DNA of 64,000 nucleotides from positions 1 to 64,000 of the IMG/VR virus record IMGVR_UViG_3300042561_001059. One strand, 5' to 3'. The DNA comes from a virus. The first letter of the stretch is position 1. The number at the start of each line of letters is the position of its first letter. The notes beneath the pieces are model-generated. The model did no database searches. It saw only the letters and a list, made by a program, of their open reading frames with translations, and had not been told where the DNA came from. Below, piece by piece: positions 54,651 through 64,000 of this stretch. Made by a program: the position numbers and the translations under genes.

Positions 54651-56462
54651 TTAAGGCAAAATAATTAACGGTCCTTTGATAATAAATCCGCTGGTGCTAC
54701 CAGAAACAACACCTGAGCATGTAATCGCTACTGTTGAACCAGAAGGCTGCGTAATATGAAGCGTTTGTCCCGTTATGTTTGTAAATAAACCCGCAGTTCC
54801 TGTAATTGTTTGACCAGATACGGTTCCGGTGACACTTATACCAGAACCAAAAAATCCAGATCCAAGGGTAAATGTATTACCGGAGAAAGTAAAGTCTCCA
54901 GAAAAACTTTGATTTGCAGCTTGTAGATATTCAAATACGCCTGAAGTACCTCTAATAATATTGCCGGTGATTGTTTGACCTGAGACTTGAGTTGTGAAGA
55001 TGCCAGAAACACTGGTAAGAGTGGTGCTGTTAATTGTGTTACCAGTGATCGTGTTGCCGCTTATCTGTGTAGTAAATACGCCGCTTACACCGCTAATCGC
55101 TTGGAAATTAATTGTTCCACCAGTGATCGTGGCACCTGTAATGCTATTGAATCCAGCAGACTGACCAGTTAACGTCGTGAACTGTCCGGTATTGCCGGTA
55201 ATTGTGGCACCTGAAATCTGAGTAGTGAAGACGCCTGATTGAAAATTTGCTATTGTTCCGGTAACGGAAGCACCTGAGATTTGAGAAGTAAATACTCCAG
55301 AAACTCCAGTGATTGTGGTGGCACGTACCGTATTTCCTGTAATGACCAGGCCGCTTAACTGACTGGTAAATACACCAGATACTCCTGTAATAGTTGTTGC
55401 ATTTACCGTATTTCCGGTAATTGCGGCGCCAGAGATTTGGCTGGTAAAGACTCCTGAAACAAAATTAGCAGTTGTACCGGTAACCGTAGTTCCAGTTACA
55501 GTAGTAAACCCTGCTGTATCACCCGTAATAACCGTGCCACTTAACCGAGTAAAAACACCGGAAGTGAAATTAGACGTGGTTCCTGTAACCGTTACTCCAC
55601 TTAAAGTTCCACTGATATTGACGCCTGACGAAAAGAATCCAGATCCAAGTACAGAAAGATTGCCTGAAACGGTCAGGTTGTTTTGAACGGTATGGCCACT
55701 GGTAACCAGAGTTCCAAAGGTTCCCGTTGTTGCGTTTACTGTATTTCCAGTGATTGTGGCCCCTGAAATACGATCGGTAAACGTACCGCTAACAGCAACA
55801 ACGTTGGTAAATCCACCGAGACTTCCGGTTACAAGCGTTCCGGAAACCTGGGTAGTAAAAACGCCTGATTGGAAATTAGCCGTAGTTCCGGTAATGGTTG
55901 TACCAGTTACGGTTGTAAATCCGGCCGTATTTCCTGTTAAAGTACCAAACTGACCAGTGGTGCCAGTAATTGTCGTTCCTGTTAACGTCCCACTTACCGT
56001 TACGCCAGACGTAAAGAAAGAGTTGCCGCGTGCAAATAAAGTTCCACTGACAGTTAAATTATTTTGAACGTTGTGTCCACTGGTGGTTAGTGTTTGGAAC
56101 GTTGCGTTTGTAGCGTTTACATTAGTTCCGGTCAGCGTGGTACCACTGATCGTACCTGTGACTGTTAAATTATTTTGTACAAAAACGGCATTGAAGTTAG
56201 CAATGCCATTGACATTAGCAGCACCAAGGGTAGTTGTTCCAGTAACTTCAAGAGTGCTGTTGATTAAAAGTGGTCCAGTCAGTACACCGCCTGTGAAAGT
56301 TAAATATTTTGTATTTAAGTAGTTTGCAAATTCAGTTAAGGTAATTTTTTTATTTTTAAGCGTCGGGTCAACTTCGAATACGTGAACAATCGTCAGCAAA
56401 TCGTCCTCTGCTAACGACCCGCCCTGAATTGAGGGCAATTCCGTAATCCTTCTATTTGACAC
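54651..56462 (-). CDS. Thr/Gly-repeat fibre-like structural protein
   Basis: many (I/V)SG.T(I/V)TG.T..F.SGVFT repeats; N-terminal RRITELP. Confidence 0.7.
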   Translation of the reverse strand: MSNRRITELPSIQGGSLAEDDLLTIVHVFEVDPTLKNKKITLTEFANYLNTKYLTFTGGVLTGPLLINSTLEVTGTTTLGAANVNGIANFNAVFVQNNLTVTGTISGTTLTGTNVNATNATFQTLTTSGHNVQNNLTVSGTLFARGNSFFTSGVTVSGTLTGTTITGTTGQFGTLTGNTAGFTTVTGTTITGTTANFQSGVFTTQVSGTLVTGSLGGFTNVVAVSGTFTDRISGATITGNTVNATTGTFGTLVTSGHTVQNNLTVSGNLSVLGSGFFSSGVNISGTLSGVTVTGTTSNFTSGVFTRLSGTVITGDTAGFTTVTGTTVTGTTANFVSGVFTSQISGAAITGNTVNATTITGVSGVFTSQLSGLVITGNTVRATTITGVSGVFTSQISGASVTGTIANFQSGVFTTQISGATITGNTGQFTTLTGQSAGFNSITGATITGGTINFQAISGVSGVFTTQISGNTITGNTINSTTLTSVSGIFTTQVSGQTITGNIIRGTSGVFEYLQAANQSFSGDFTFSGNTFTLGSGFFGSGISVTGTVSGQTITGTAGLFTNITGQTLHITQPSGSTVAITCSGVVSGSTSGFIIKGPLIILP

Positions 56463-56515
56463 CTATATCAAGCCAGTGCGTTACTTATGATTATAATCGG
56501 CACAATTTTGAAAAC

Positions 56516-56812
56516 TTATTTTATTCTGATTTCAATCTTGGGAAGATTTTCGGAAGCCACCTTCCATGCGAACTGAAAGCCTGTTACAATTCCGGTTGAA
56601 ATACAAAGAATTAATAAAAGTTCTGCAACAGTCAGATTGCGCCTAACGTAAACAACTTGCGGGGCTGGTCCCAGGGGGCGTTGAATGCGTCCTTCTTCTA
56701 ACAAGGTTTGTTGGATAGCAAGCTCTCGTGCTTTCGCCTTCATTGCTTCAAGTTGTTCAGGTGTGATCTGAGGGGGCAGCGGGGGCTGGCTGGTAGGAAC
56801 TTGTTCTTCCAT
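56516..56812 (-). CDS. hypothetical membrane protein
   Basis: single C-terminal TM helix. Confidence 0.5.
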   Translation of the reverse strand: MEEQVPTSQPPLPPQITPEQLEAMKAKARELAIQQTLLEEGRIQRPLGPAPQVVYVRRNLTVAELLLILCISTGIVTGFQFAWKVASENLPKIEIRIK

Positions 56813-56866
56813 AATCATGCAAAACGTTTACAAAAAGACTAGCATCTAAACAGATTAATTGTTGTA

Positions 56867-57352
56867 ATGACTCAAGGATTAAGAAAAGGATTGCTAGACA
56901 TTGCACATGAATTGAAGGGAATTAGGAATATCCTTTCAAGTATGTGGCATTCACGTTACCAAGACGGAGAAACGGACCGCATCAATCCTGAAGTTTACGC
57001 AGATGAATACATCTCTACTGATGAGTGCGCCCGAAGGCTGGGCGTATCTGATCAGACGATTAGGAACTGGATTCTTACAGGAAAAAAACGACCGGATTCT
57101 GGCTGGGTGTACGGGTTACACTACATCAATATCAGTCCTGTCGGTGGAAACAAACAGATTATTCGTATTCCTTGGAATAATTTGATCCAAAGTTTCACAA
57201 AGGATACCATTCCTGGGTACAGGAGCTTTATGGAGAAAGATGTTGTCAAATATAGCTCTCAAATTCGAGAAGAAAAAGATTCTCACATCCCCAACCCCTC
57301 TGTTCCCAAGACTCCTGACTTTGACGACCCGGATATTACAGAGGAGTTGTGA
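56867..57352 (+). CDS. MerR/excisionase-like HTH protein
   Basis: ISTDECARRLGVSDQTIRNWI. Confidence 0.65.
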   Translation: MTQGLRKGLLDIAHELKGIRNILSSMWHSRYQDGETDRINPEVYADEYISTDECARRLGVSDQTIRNWILTGKKRPDSGWVYGLHYINISPVGGNKQIIRIPWNNLIQSFTKDTIPGYRSFMEKDVVKYSSQIREEKDSHIPNPSVPKTPDFDDPDITEEL

Positions 57353-57810
57353 TGACGCACCGATTTGACGGCTGGTCTATAGAAGATGTAACAATTGAAA
57401 ACTTCACGGATCTACTTCCGGCCTCCCTTTCGGTGCAAATAGAAATTTTTTTGCCTCCTTCTGGGTCCTTTGATACTCCCATCCTGCGCAGATACCTCGA
57501 AAACTTAAAAAATTATGAAGAAGAAGACCCTACTTTTGCTATGACACTAGCAAACAGATTGCGTGTGGCTTTCCAGGACATGGGACCAGATACAATCTGT
57601 GGTAAATTCCCCAACGCAGATTTGCCTTTGAAACGTAGGCTCAGATGTGTTGCCGAATATTTGATTAGAGCCGGAGAATTTGATAAGCTTCGGGATGAGA
57701 ACGGCAAACTAATTAAAAAACGGGGAATTCTCGGAAAACTTGTCGTTATCTACCAGCCGCTACCTAAAATGCGGGAAACCCTAGTTCGTCAAGGATTGAT
57801 AAAGAAATGA
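57349..57810 (+). CDS. hypothetical protein
   Basis: 153 aa, coupled to neighbours. Confidence 0.55.
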   Translation: MMTHRFDGWSIEDVTIENFTDLLPASLSVQIEIFLPPSGSFDTPILRRYLENLKNYEEEDPTFAMTLANRLRVAFQDMGPDTICGKFPNADLPLKRRLRCVAEYLIRAGEFDKLRDENGKLIKKRGILGKLVVIYQPLPKMRETLVRQGLIKK

Positions 57811-58193
57811 ACCGACGCGAAAAATTGATTGCCTCTGTGATTGGTCCGGAGCTTGATCAAGATAAAGCAAAGATGCTGGATACGACGCTTAAATTAATCC
57901 TTGGCGATATGGGCCAGATGTTTTCTAAGTTCTGGGAAGCTGAAGGGCCTGGCGTTATGTGCTTTCAGCCTGAGCAAGTTGAGAAATCAATGTTTTATTT
58001 GACATTGAAAGAGCTTCACAGTGCACAAGAGGAGTGCGAGCGAGAAAATAATGGTGATCTTGCTGAAACTTTTGGGCGCATTCTCCAGGCTGCACAAAAA
58101 ATTGACCCAGAAGAAAGCGCTGGTTACATCTTGAACGACAAAGACGGCATTCGTTTTCTTGCTGTTGATTACAACAAGGTCTCTGAGTCCTGA
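57807..58193 (+). CDS. hypothetical protein
   Basis: 128 aa, coupled to neighbours. Confidence 0.55.
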   Translation: MNRREKLIASVIGPELDQDKAKMLDTTLKLILGDMGQMFSKFWEAEGPGVMCFQPEQVEKSMFYLTLKELHSAQEECERENNGDLAETFGRILQAAQKIDPEESAGYILNDKDGIRFLAVDYNKVSES

Positions 58194-58786
58194 TGGCTGC
58201 TTTTATTGGGAACAAATTAGTTGAAGACTATGAGTGGATCAGCTCAAGAGATATGATTGACTCTGCTCATCTCGTGATGGGTGGCGTTGATTTGGATCCG
58301 GCTAGTTCAACTAAAGCAAATGAATACGTCAACGCAAAAAAATACTACACTCCCCTTGAAGACGGATTAAATGAACAGGAGTGGTTTGGAAATGTTTATT
58401 TATTTCCACCAAAACACTCTTATTTCTGGCATAGCAAATCTCAACGATGGAAAATGACGCGTGGTTTGTCTCCTACGTTGACTTCTAGCTATTCCATTTG
58501 GTGGAGAACGCTGAAAAGAAAGTGGCTATCTGGTGAAGTTGAGCAAGGTATTTATTTTGCTAATGCACCAGACATGTTTATGTATTGCCAGGACATATTC
58601 GATCACCCCATTTGCATCTTCAGAACTCGTCCAATGTTGACGCAACATTTTCACCACACTGGTGAAATAAAAACACGTACGACTTGTACTTCGTTTGCAA
58701 TCTTTTTGCAGCCCAGAAGGAATGTAGAGGATGCCAGGCAACATTTTGTTGAAGTCTATGGCGAAATGGGTCGCATTCTTATTTAA
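58193..58786 (+). CDS. phage N6-adenine methyltransferase-like protein with altered motif IV
   Basis: VDLDPASS..AN, EDGLNEQEWFGNVYLFPP (FPPK in place of NPPY). Confidence 0.6.
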   Translation: MAAFIGNKLVEDYEWISSRDMIDSAHLVMGGVDLDPASSTKANEYVNAKKYYTPLEDGLNEQEWFGNVYLFPPKHSYFWHSKSQRWKMTRGLSPTLTSSYSIWWRTLKRKWLSGEVEQGIYFANAPDMFMYCQDIFDHPICIFRTRPMLTQHFHHTGEIKTRTTCTSFAIFLQPRRNVEDARQHFVEVYGEMGRILI

Positions 58787-58819
58787 ACAAGCTAAGATCT
58801 TAAAGCTTCAGTCAAATTT

Positions 58820-59407
58820 ATGAGCATTCTCTCTGATCGTGAAATCAAAGAACTTTCGATTGAGCGGGGGATGATCCAGCCGTTTCAGGATCGTCTCATC
58901 AATGAAAGTAATGGACGCAAATTACTGAGCTATGGGCTCAGTTCTTATGGGTATGACATTCGTTTGTCGCCCAAACAGTGTCTAATCTTTGGTCGCACGC
59001 AATCAGGTGATTGTGATCCTAAAGATTTTGATCAAAGTATTCTTCGTCCAGCCGAATTACTGGAAGATGAGAAGGGCCAATACTTTCTTTTGCCTCCATA
59101 TGGCTACTGTCTTGGCGTTGCAGAAGAATACTTGGATCTCCCAGAAGATGTGACCGTTGTTGCAGTTGGGAAAAGTACTTATGCCCGATCGGGAATTCTC
59201 GCCAACATTACTCCGGCGGAGTCTACGTGGGCCGGGCACTTAACACTGGAGATCAGTAACTGTACTGGGCTCTTTAATCGTATTTATGCCAACGAAGGCA
59301 TCTGTCAACTCCTCTTCTTCCGTGGCGAGAAGTGCGACGTGAATTATAAAATGCGCAAAGGTAAGTACCAGGATCAACCCAAAGAGGTTGTCTTCAGTAA
59401 GGTTTAA
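58820..59407 (+). CDS. dcd: dCTP deaminase
   Basis: SYGLSSYGYDIRL, GKSTYARSG, TLEISN, YANEGICQ, GKYQDQ. Confidence 0.95.
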   Translation: MSILSDREIKELSIERGMIQPFQDRLINESNGRKLLSYGLSSYGYDIRLSPKQCLIFGRTQSGDCDPKDFDQSILRPAELLEDEKGQYFLLPPYGYCLGVAEEYLDLPEDVTVVAVGKSTYARSGILANITPAESTWAGHLTLEISNCTGLFNRIYANEGICQLLFFRGEKCDVNYKMRKGKYQDQPKEVVFSKV

Positions 59408-59796
59408 GCAAAACCTCTAAAGGTACCAGAGAATCGCTGGGGCTTGCGTGCGTAGCTAACGGCGCCCGTAGGCCCGGCAGTATCTCCTTGGCTTGGTAGA
59501 GACACGCCGTCAAGAACAGCCTCGTTCCTGGGCGTCCTACCCCTGATCTGTGGCTCATCAATAGATGCTCTTTGTCTGTATGCTCCAGCAGTCTTTGCTG
59601 CTGACATAAATTTTGCTACACGATCTTGTTGCCTGATGTTGCGAATATCAACTTCATCAGCAATGCGCCTCTCTTCTTCATCAAGACGCCTTATATCTGT
59701 GTCGTAAGCCTGTTCTGGATTTAAGTCCGAGACTTCAGCGCCGGAAGTACCAGAGCGCTGTCCACTGTTATATGTGGGGTCGAAAAATCTTGCCAT
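59404..59796 (-). CDS. hypothetical protein
   Basis: 130-aa ORF. Confidence 0.5.
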   Translation of the reverse strand: MARFFDPTYNSGQRSGTSGAEVSDLNPEQAYDTDIRRLDEEERRIADEVDIRNIRQQDRVAKFMSAAKTAGAYRQRASIDEPQIRGRTPRNEAVLDGVSLPSQGDTAGPTGAVSYARKPQRFSGTFRGFA

Positions 59797-59832
59797 GATA
59801 TTATTTTAAATGAAGGAAACCCGAGGAAAATA

Positions 59833-60192
59833 ATGATGCATGCGGCGATGACACCAGATGCATTCTTAAATCAATTTGTCATTAATGACGAAGTTATCAA
59901 TCGTTGCCTCTGTGAAAGCGACTTTGGTCAGCCTTTGGACAACGAAAAGCACGACGTTCCCCTTCAAGATATGTACAATAGGGGTTTAGTGCTCACACAA
60001 CAAGGTCGTGAGCGCACAAACCTACAAATTGAAGGAGCAGAACGATGTGGTATGACGGGTTACATTCCGAGTATGGAACAGGGACTTGCGATGGGGGCAT
60101 CACCCAAGCCGAAAGCATTAGTTTTGGATCTGGGGGAAGTGGACGAGGAGGAGATGGAGCAATCTCGCAAAAGACGTGGTTTGAGCCGGTAG
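59833..60192 (+). CDS. hypothetical protein
   Basis: 119-aa ORF. Confidence 0.5.
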   Translation: MMHAAMTPDAFLNQFVINDEVINRCLCESDFGQPLDNEKHDVPLQDMYNRGLVLTQQGRERTNLQIEGAERCGMTGYIPSMEQGLAMGASPKPKALVLDLGEVDEEEMEQSRKRRGLSR

Positions 60193-60503
60193 ATTCGACA
60201 CTGGACTCAATTGTCTTTTTAGACTCACCTACTGTTTTTTCTGGGTGCACGGATGGGTTTTGTCCCATGCCCACCCCAAAAATTGATTCAGTTAATCATC
60301 CTCCTCATTACACTTCTGGTCGGTTTGAAGCAATTGACGTGATCGAGGATGCCGTGCAACACGCTCCTGATTCGGTTCTTGGCGCTCTCCAGTGGCAAAC
60401 GCTCAAGTATCTGCTACGTATGTGGACCAAGGGGAACTCTTTGGAAGACGCTAAAAAAAGCATGTGGTATTTAAATCGCCTTATTCAAAAACTAGAAGAC
60501 TGA
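60045..60503 (+). CDS. DUF3310 family protein (start uncertain)
   Basis: DSVNHPPHYTSG..EAIDVI..KYLLR..KG..EDAKKSMWYL. Confidence 0.75.
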   Translation: MWYDGLHSEYGTGTCDGGITQAESISFGSGGSGRGGDGAISQKTWFEPVDSTLDSIVFLDSPTVFSGCTDGFCPMPTPKIDSVNHPPHYTSGRFEAIDVIEDAVQHAPDSVLGALQWQTLKYLLRMWTKGNSLEDAKKSMWYLNRLIQKLED

Positions 60504-60794
60504 AAACTCTCTATCGTCATCTTCATCATCCTCATCATCTTCATCTCCTTCGCACATCATTGCCAGCTCAACTAATTCCAGTTGGGTTGGCAAATCAAAT
60601 TCAAGTTCAATATTTTCATCAGCAAGAATATCCTTAACAGCAGCCCACTCGATCAAACGGCGCTGATAAAGGTTTAAAAGAGCAGCGTAAAGTTGATCCC
60701 AAGTCATTTCTTGGGCTTCCAGCTCTGCTTTACGCATTGCAAACTGCAATTGAAGCGGTAGCTCTAATTCGCGGGGACGAACTGTCTCTTCCAT
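60492..60794 (-). CDS. nblA: NblA-like phycobilisome degradation protein with acidic tail
   Basis: ELPLQLQFAMR..AQEMTWDQL..LLNLYQ aligns without gaps to the NblA pattern ELSLEQQF..R..VQ.MS.DQ...L..LY. Confidence 0.65.
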   Translation of the reverse strand: MEETVRPRELELPLQLQFAMRKAELEAQEMTWDQLYAALLNLYQRRLIEWAAVKDILADENIELEFDLPTQLELVELAMMCEGDEDDEDDEDDDREFSVF

Positions 60795-60819
60795 TTCTGT
60801 TTGCTGATCTCCAAATATT

Positions 60820-61485
60820 CTAATCCCAAGAAGCAAACTCGGTATCGGTTTCTTCGTAGTCGATGTCTGATTCTAAGAAATGCTCCTTACTAAAACAGTT
60901 TGAGAACTCTGCCAAAATATAGGGATTGCTGTTTGCTTCCAGGTTTCTGATCGCCTGTATTTGATGTTTGGCACCCGAATAAGTTCTGAATGCGTTAAGC
61001 AAAATCTCACCAGGTTGACAAACAGGCTTCTTGACTTCCAGGAGAAACAGGTGGGCTTCTTCTCTACGTCTATCTACCAGGCCGCCAATCACCTTGTGGT
61101 ACGGATCAAAAATCCAATGGGTGATTTCTTCTGCCGCCTGGCCCCAATTTTCGTTTTCAATTGCGTCAATAATTTCACTATATAAGAATGGTTCCCATCC
61201 AATGGAATGAATGAAAGAAATAAGAGCTTCCTTCATGGAAGGGTCAAGACCTAGATTTAAACGTGTCAGTTCATCATCGATAAGCTCTACTTCGTGAAGC
61301 AAATATTCAAGAGCTTTGTGTTGTGTACAGCGATGTCCTTGTTTTACTGGGGAACCGTCTGGGTAATACTGTGTTCCATAACCAAAAGTATAGGGAGCGC
61401 AACCTGTGCTTACATCCGGGTATGCTTTTTCGCTATACCCCTCATATTTTTTGATGATATTAATGGCACGCAAAAAATCGGCCAT
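60820..61485 (-). CDS. GH24 phage lysozyme
   Basis: IKKYEG..AYPD..TFGYGT; GLVDRRREEAHLF. Confidence 0.85.
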   Translation of the reverse strand: MADFLRAINIIKKYEGYSEKAYPDVSTGCAPYTFGYGTQYYPDGSPVKQGHRCTQHKALEYLLHEVELIDDELTRLNLGLDPSMKEALISFIHSIGWEPFLYSEIIDAIENENWGQAAEEITHWIFDPYHKVIGGLVDRRREEAHLFLLEVKKPVCQPGEILLNAFRTYSGAKHQIQAIRNLEANSNPYILAEFSNCFSKEHFLESDIDYEETDTEFASWD

Positions 61486-61534
61486 GGAAAGTACAGCAAT
61501 TACTCTCCATAATAGTGTTAATTAAATTAAAGTG

Positions 61535-61663
61535 TTAACCTTTGCCTTGCCCTCTGGACTTTTTACGTCCATGAGAAGGTTTGGAATTCTGTCCTTGACC
61601 TTGCCTCGTGAGCTTGGGTTGTGATTCTTTTTTCTGAATCGTGTTGCCTTTTACTTTACCCAT
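61535..61663 (-). CDS. small basic protein (KK.RGQG type)
   Basis: 42 aa ..TRQGQGQNSKPSHGRKKSRGQGKG, read by hand. Confidence 0.5.
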   Translation of the reverse strand: MGKVKGNTIQKKESQPKLTRQGQGQNSKPSHGRKKSRGQGKG

Positions 61664-61668
61664 TTAAG

Positions 61669-61968
61669 TCACCATTTTTCACGATTTGCCCAATAGGCAG
61701 CGGACATTTTTCCTTTGGCAATATTTTTGGAGTGCCTAGCTTTAAAACTTTCTCTGCGTTTGCGATATGATTCTGATTCACCTTCTTTTTTGGGACTGCC
61801 ACTAACTCCTTGTTGGCCAAAGCGAATAATTTTTTCTTTTCCACTCTCACACGCTTTAACTACATGGGATTTTGTGGGGTGCCCAGGGGTTTTCTTTGGT
61901 TTGTTGCAAGGCATTGAGTCCTTGTGTAATTTTGCCGCAGTAGCAGCTTTTTTACGTTTATCAGGCAT
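61669..61968 (-). CDS. small basic conserved phage protein
   Basis: KIIRFGQQG..RRESFKARH..SAAYWANREKW. Confidence 0.6.
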   Translation of the reverse strand: MPDKRKKAATAAKLHKDSMPCNKPKKTPGHPTKSHVVKACESGKEKIIRFGQQGVSGSPKKEGESESYRKRRESFKARHSKNIAKGKMSAAYWANREKW

Positions 61969-63998
61969 CAACCAAATCCCTTAAATAAAGAAGTGAACTC
62001 ATCCAGGAAGCCTTGACCAGATTTAGATTTTCCTGGTAGTTCTTCATCTAAGTCAATTGTAAAATAACTTGTACTTGGCTCAGACGTTTCTTCTGTATCT
62101 TCTGTGCCTGTATCAAAGAAACTTTCAAGAGTCTCAAGAGAGGCATATGGGTTTTCAAGATCTAGACCTGTAGTTTTTAACGCTTCATCCCTACCTGCTT
62201 TTGTTAAGGCAATTTGTTCGGACCTATCTATATCAGGGAAAAAGTTTTCGTAAAACTCATCTTCTGTTCCCTGGAACCCAGAGGATTGAAATATTTTATA
62301 AAGTTCAGTATCTGCTTTAATTGTGGCATCAGGTTTGTAATCTTCTGGTCGCTCAATATAAGTAACACCCAAAAGTTCTTGGGTGGGTTTTTGTCTTTTT
62401 TCATTAAGATACTTGATGTTCTCACGGATTTCCTGTGCTGATCCCGTTCTTAATGCTTCAACAATATATGCGCGTAAGTCATCGATTGTTCCTTTGAAAT
62501 CAGTAAGTCCATATCTTTTTAATACGTCTTCCCATGTTGTCTTGTCGTCTGGATTCAAGCCTTTTAACATCTCATCTGCAAACTCTTCAGGCAAGAGGAA
62601 AGGTCCAAACACTAACTCAGTATTCTCAACTTTATTTTTTACAGCCGGAAGAATATCGTTATAAATAAAGTCATTGATTTTACCAGCATTTAAATAATCT
62701 TCAGCGGAATCATACCCTCGCCCTTGACCTCTGATCTGATAATGCATCTTCGCAAACTGCTCTTTATTATTAACATCTACACCAAAACGATACGCCTGAG
62801 AGGTCCAATAAGGATCTCCACGCTTTGCTGCTTCCCAATCTCCTTGAACAGTTCTAGCTTGTTCTGAATAAACTTCTTGCTTGCCAATGTTACCCGTTGG
62901 GTTGATATAAAAATCAGCATTAAAATAACGAGTGGCAGCATTTTGAATTTCATTAAGATATTGTGTTGCTTTAAGATCGGCAATCTGCTTGGCAGCGTTA
63001 GCAAGATCTTGTGTTTGAAATGGGTTCTGTTCATCTTCTTTAACGTCAATGTAATCAACAAATTCGTTCATTGATTTCGATTGATTAAAGCGAGGAATCA
63101 GATAAGTATCTAAAAACTTTCTGGCAAACTGCCCTTCAATTTTTAAGTTTTCACTTGCCGTTCCAGCATCAAGACCGAGTTGTATCTCTTCGTCGTAACG
63201 TGTTTTCAACGCATTATCAAACCACTGTTGCCAGTTGTAAGTAACAGAGTTATTTATTCCACTGATTCCTTGGAGCGACTTCTCTAAAGACTCTTGTCCC
63301 TTGTTGCCACCAAGAAAAGACCATACGCCACCAACTCCGGAATCGCCCAGAATTGAATTGGCTAGATCCTTGTTTAAATTTGTAATTTCACCAAAAGCAC
63401 CAAAGCCCGAGAACATTGCTAATTCTTGTTCTTTTGCTTTTGCTTTCTTCATTTCAGCAATTGTTTCTTTTAAAACATCTTGCGTCAATGCTTTAAATTT
63501 TTTAACGTCTCTAAGTGTTCTTTCTCCAATTGCTAATTCAACTTCACCTTCTAATCCTTCGCCAAGCTGAAGATCCCTAGCTTGTTGCATCTCGAGATCT
63601 GTTGGTCTTTTCTCCGTATAAGAATTAGCAGCAGAGAGTTGTTCCGCTGGATTGGCGCGTCTATTCTCGTATCTACCAGTAGCAGTGTAATGATATAAAT
63701 AAAAACTACCTTCGCTATCAAATCGACCAAGAATATCTAAGTCGTCATTTCTTGCTGCGTTACGCCAGGCATCAGCTACGTCTGGGTATGTGTTCCGGTA
63801 AAAGTTTGAATCAAAGTCTCCATAGGGTGGCTTAGCCCCTAAAGATGTGCTCCAGGGTTGGAGCTTTTCAGTTGAGTAGTATCTTTTGAAGTTATCTTCA
63901 ATTGATCTTTTTAAATCATCGCTAACTCCCGAAATACCTCTAATTAAATTTCTTTGCTGTACATAGTCACCGCCGCGAGTAGAGTTAACGGCTTGCAT
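61968..63998 (-). CDS. large hypothetical (probably virion) protein, 5' end probably outside the window
   Basis: open to the window edge; FDSNFYRNTYPDV..HYTATGRYENR motif. Confidence 0.6.
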   Translation of the reverse strand: MQAVNSTRGGDYVQQRNLIRGISGVSDDLKRSIEDNFKRYYSTEKLQPWSTSLGAKPPYGDFDSNFYRNTYPDVADAWRNAARNDDLDILGRFDSEGSFYLYHYTATGRYENRRANPAEQLSAANSYTEKRPTDLEMQQARDLQLGEGLEGEVELAIGERTLRDVKKFKALTQDVLKETIAEMKKAKAKEQELAMFSGFGAFGEITNLNKDLANSILGDSGVGGVWSFLGGNKGQESLEKSLQGISGINNSVTYNWQQWFDNALKTRYDEEIQLGLDAGTASENLKIEGQFARKFLDTYLIPRFNQSKSMNEFVDYIDVKEDEQNPFQTQDLANAAKQIADLKATQYLNEIQNAATRYFNADFYINPTGNIGKQEVYSEQARTVQGDWEAAKRGDPYWTSQAYRFGVDVNNKEQFAKMHYQIRGQGRGYDSAEDYLNAGKINDFIYNDILPAVKNKVENTELVFGPFLLPEEFADEMLKGLNPDDKTTWEDVLKRYGLTDFKGTIDDLRAYIVEALRTGSAQEIRENIKYLNEKRQKPTQELLGVTYIERPEDYKPDATIKADTELYKIFQSSGFQGTEDEFYENFFPDIDRSEQIALTKAGRDEALKTTGLDLENPYASLETLESFFDTGTEDTEETSEPSTSYFTIDLDEELPGKSKSGQGFLDEFTSLFKGFG

Positions 63999-64000
63999 TG

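Noticed and set aside
54651-56462. DNA-level tandem repeat or recombination array in the Thr/Gly fibre
   Set aside because: Repeats are at the protein level with diverged codons; ordinary for fibrous proteins.

Overview
64-kb fragment of a dsDNA phage genome, most likely a cyanophage. Supporting evidence: an NblA-like gene, a DUF4278 gene under NtcA-type boxes, Fur-type boxes and cyanobacterial-type hypothetical proteins. Layout: (1) 1-7 kb, minus-strand Gly/Ala/Gln-rich virion-like genes; (2) strand switch at ~7.3-7.8 kb, then a long plus-strand early/middle block (7.8-29.8 kb) with many small ORFs, SSB-like, PcfJ-like, tRNA-Leu(UAA), HNH, thyX, gp88-like, family A DNA polymerase, tandem SSB, Gp157-like and Dps; (3) 30-37 kb, phosphoesterase, small basic proteins and a GDP-sugar/glycosyltransferase cluster; (4) 37-45 kb, exonuclease, prim-pol/D5 helicase, speD, GT4; (5) 45-56.5 kb, lysis and tail-fibre genes with an embedded tyrosine recombinase; (6) 57-64 kb, HTH, MTase-like, dcd, NblA-like, lysozyme and a truncated large protein. 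The strongest candidate for an undescribed system is the recombinase together with at least 11 palindromic TAG-N9-CTA sites. One site overlaps the recombinase stop codon, it and a variant site bound a one-gene cassette, and ten lie inside two tail-fibre genes (8 of the 10 in the same codon phase) at apparent module junctions. This suggests programmed, position-addressed swapping of tail-fibre modules. Also notable: a 27-nt H-type pseudoknot in 7 covarying copies, two further repeated RNA motifs and two non-canonical tRNA-like elements. All calls are by eye; no database searches were run.
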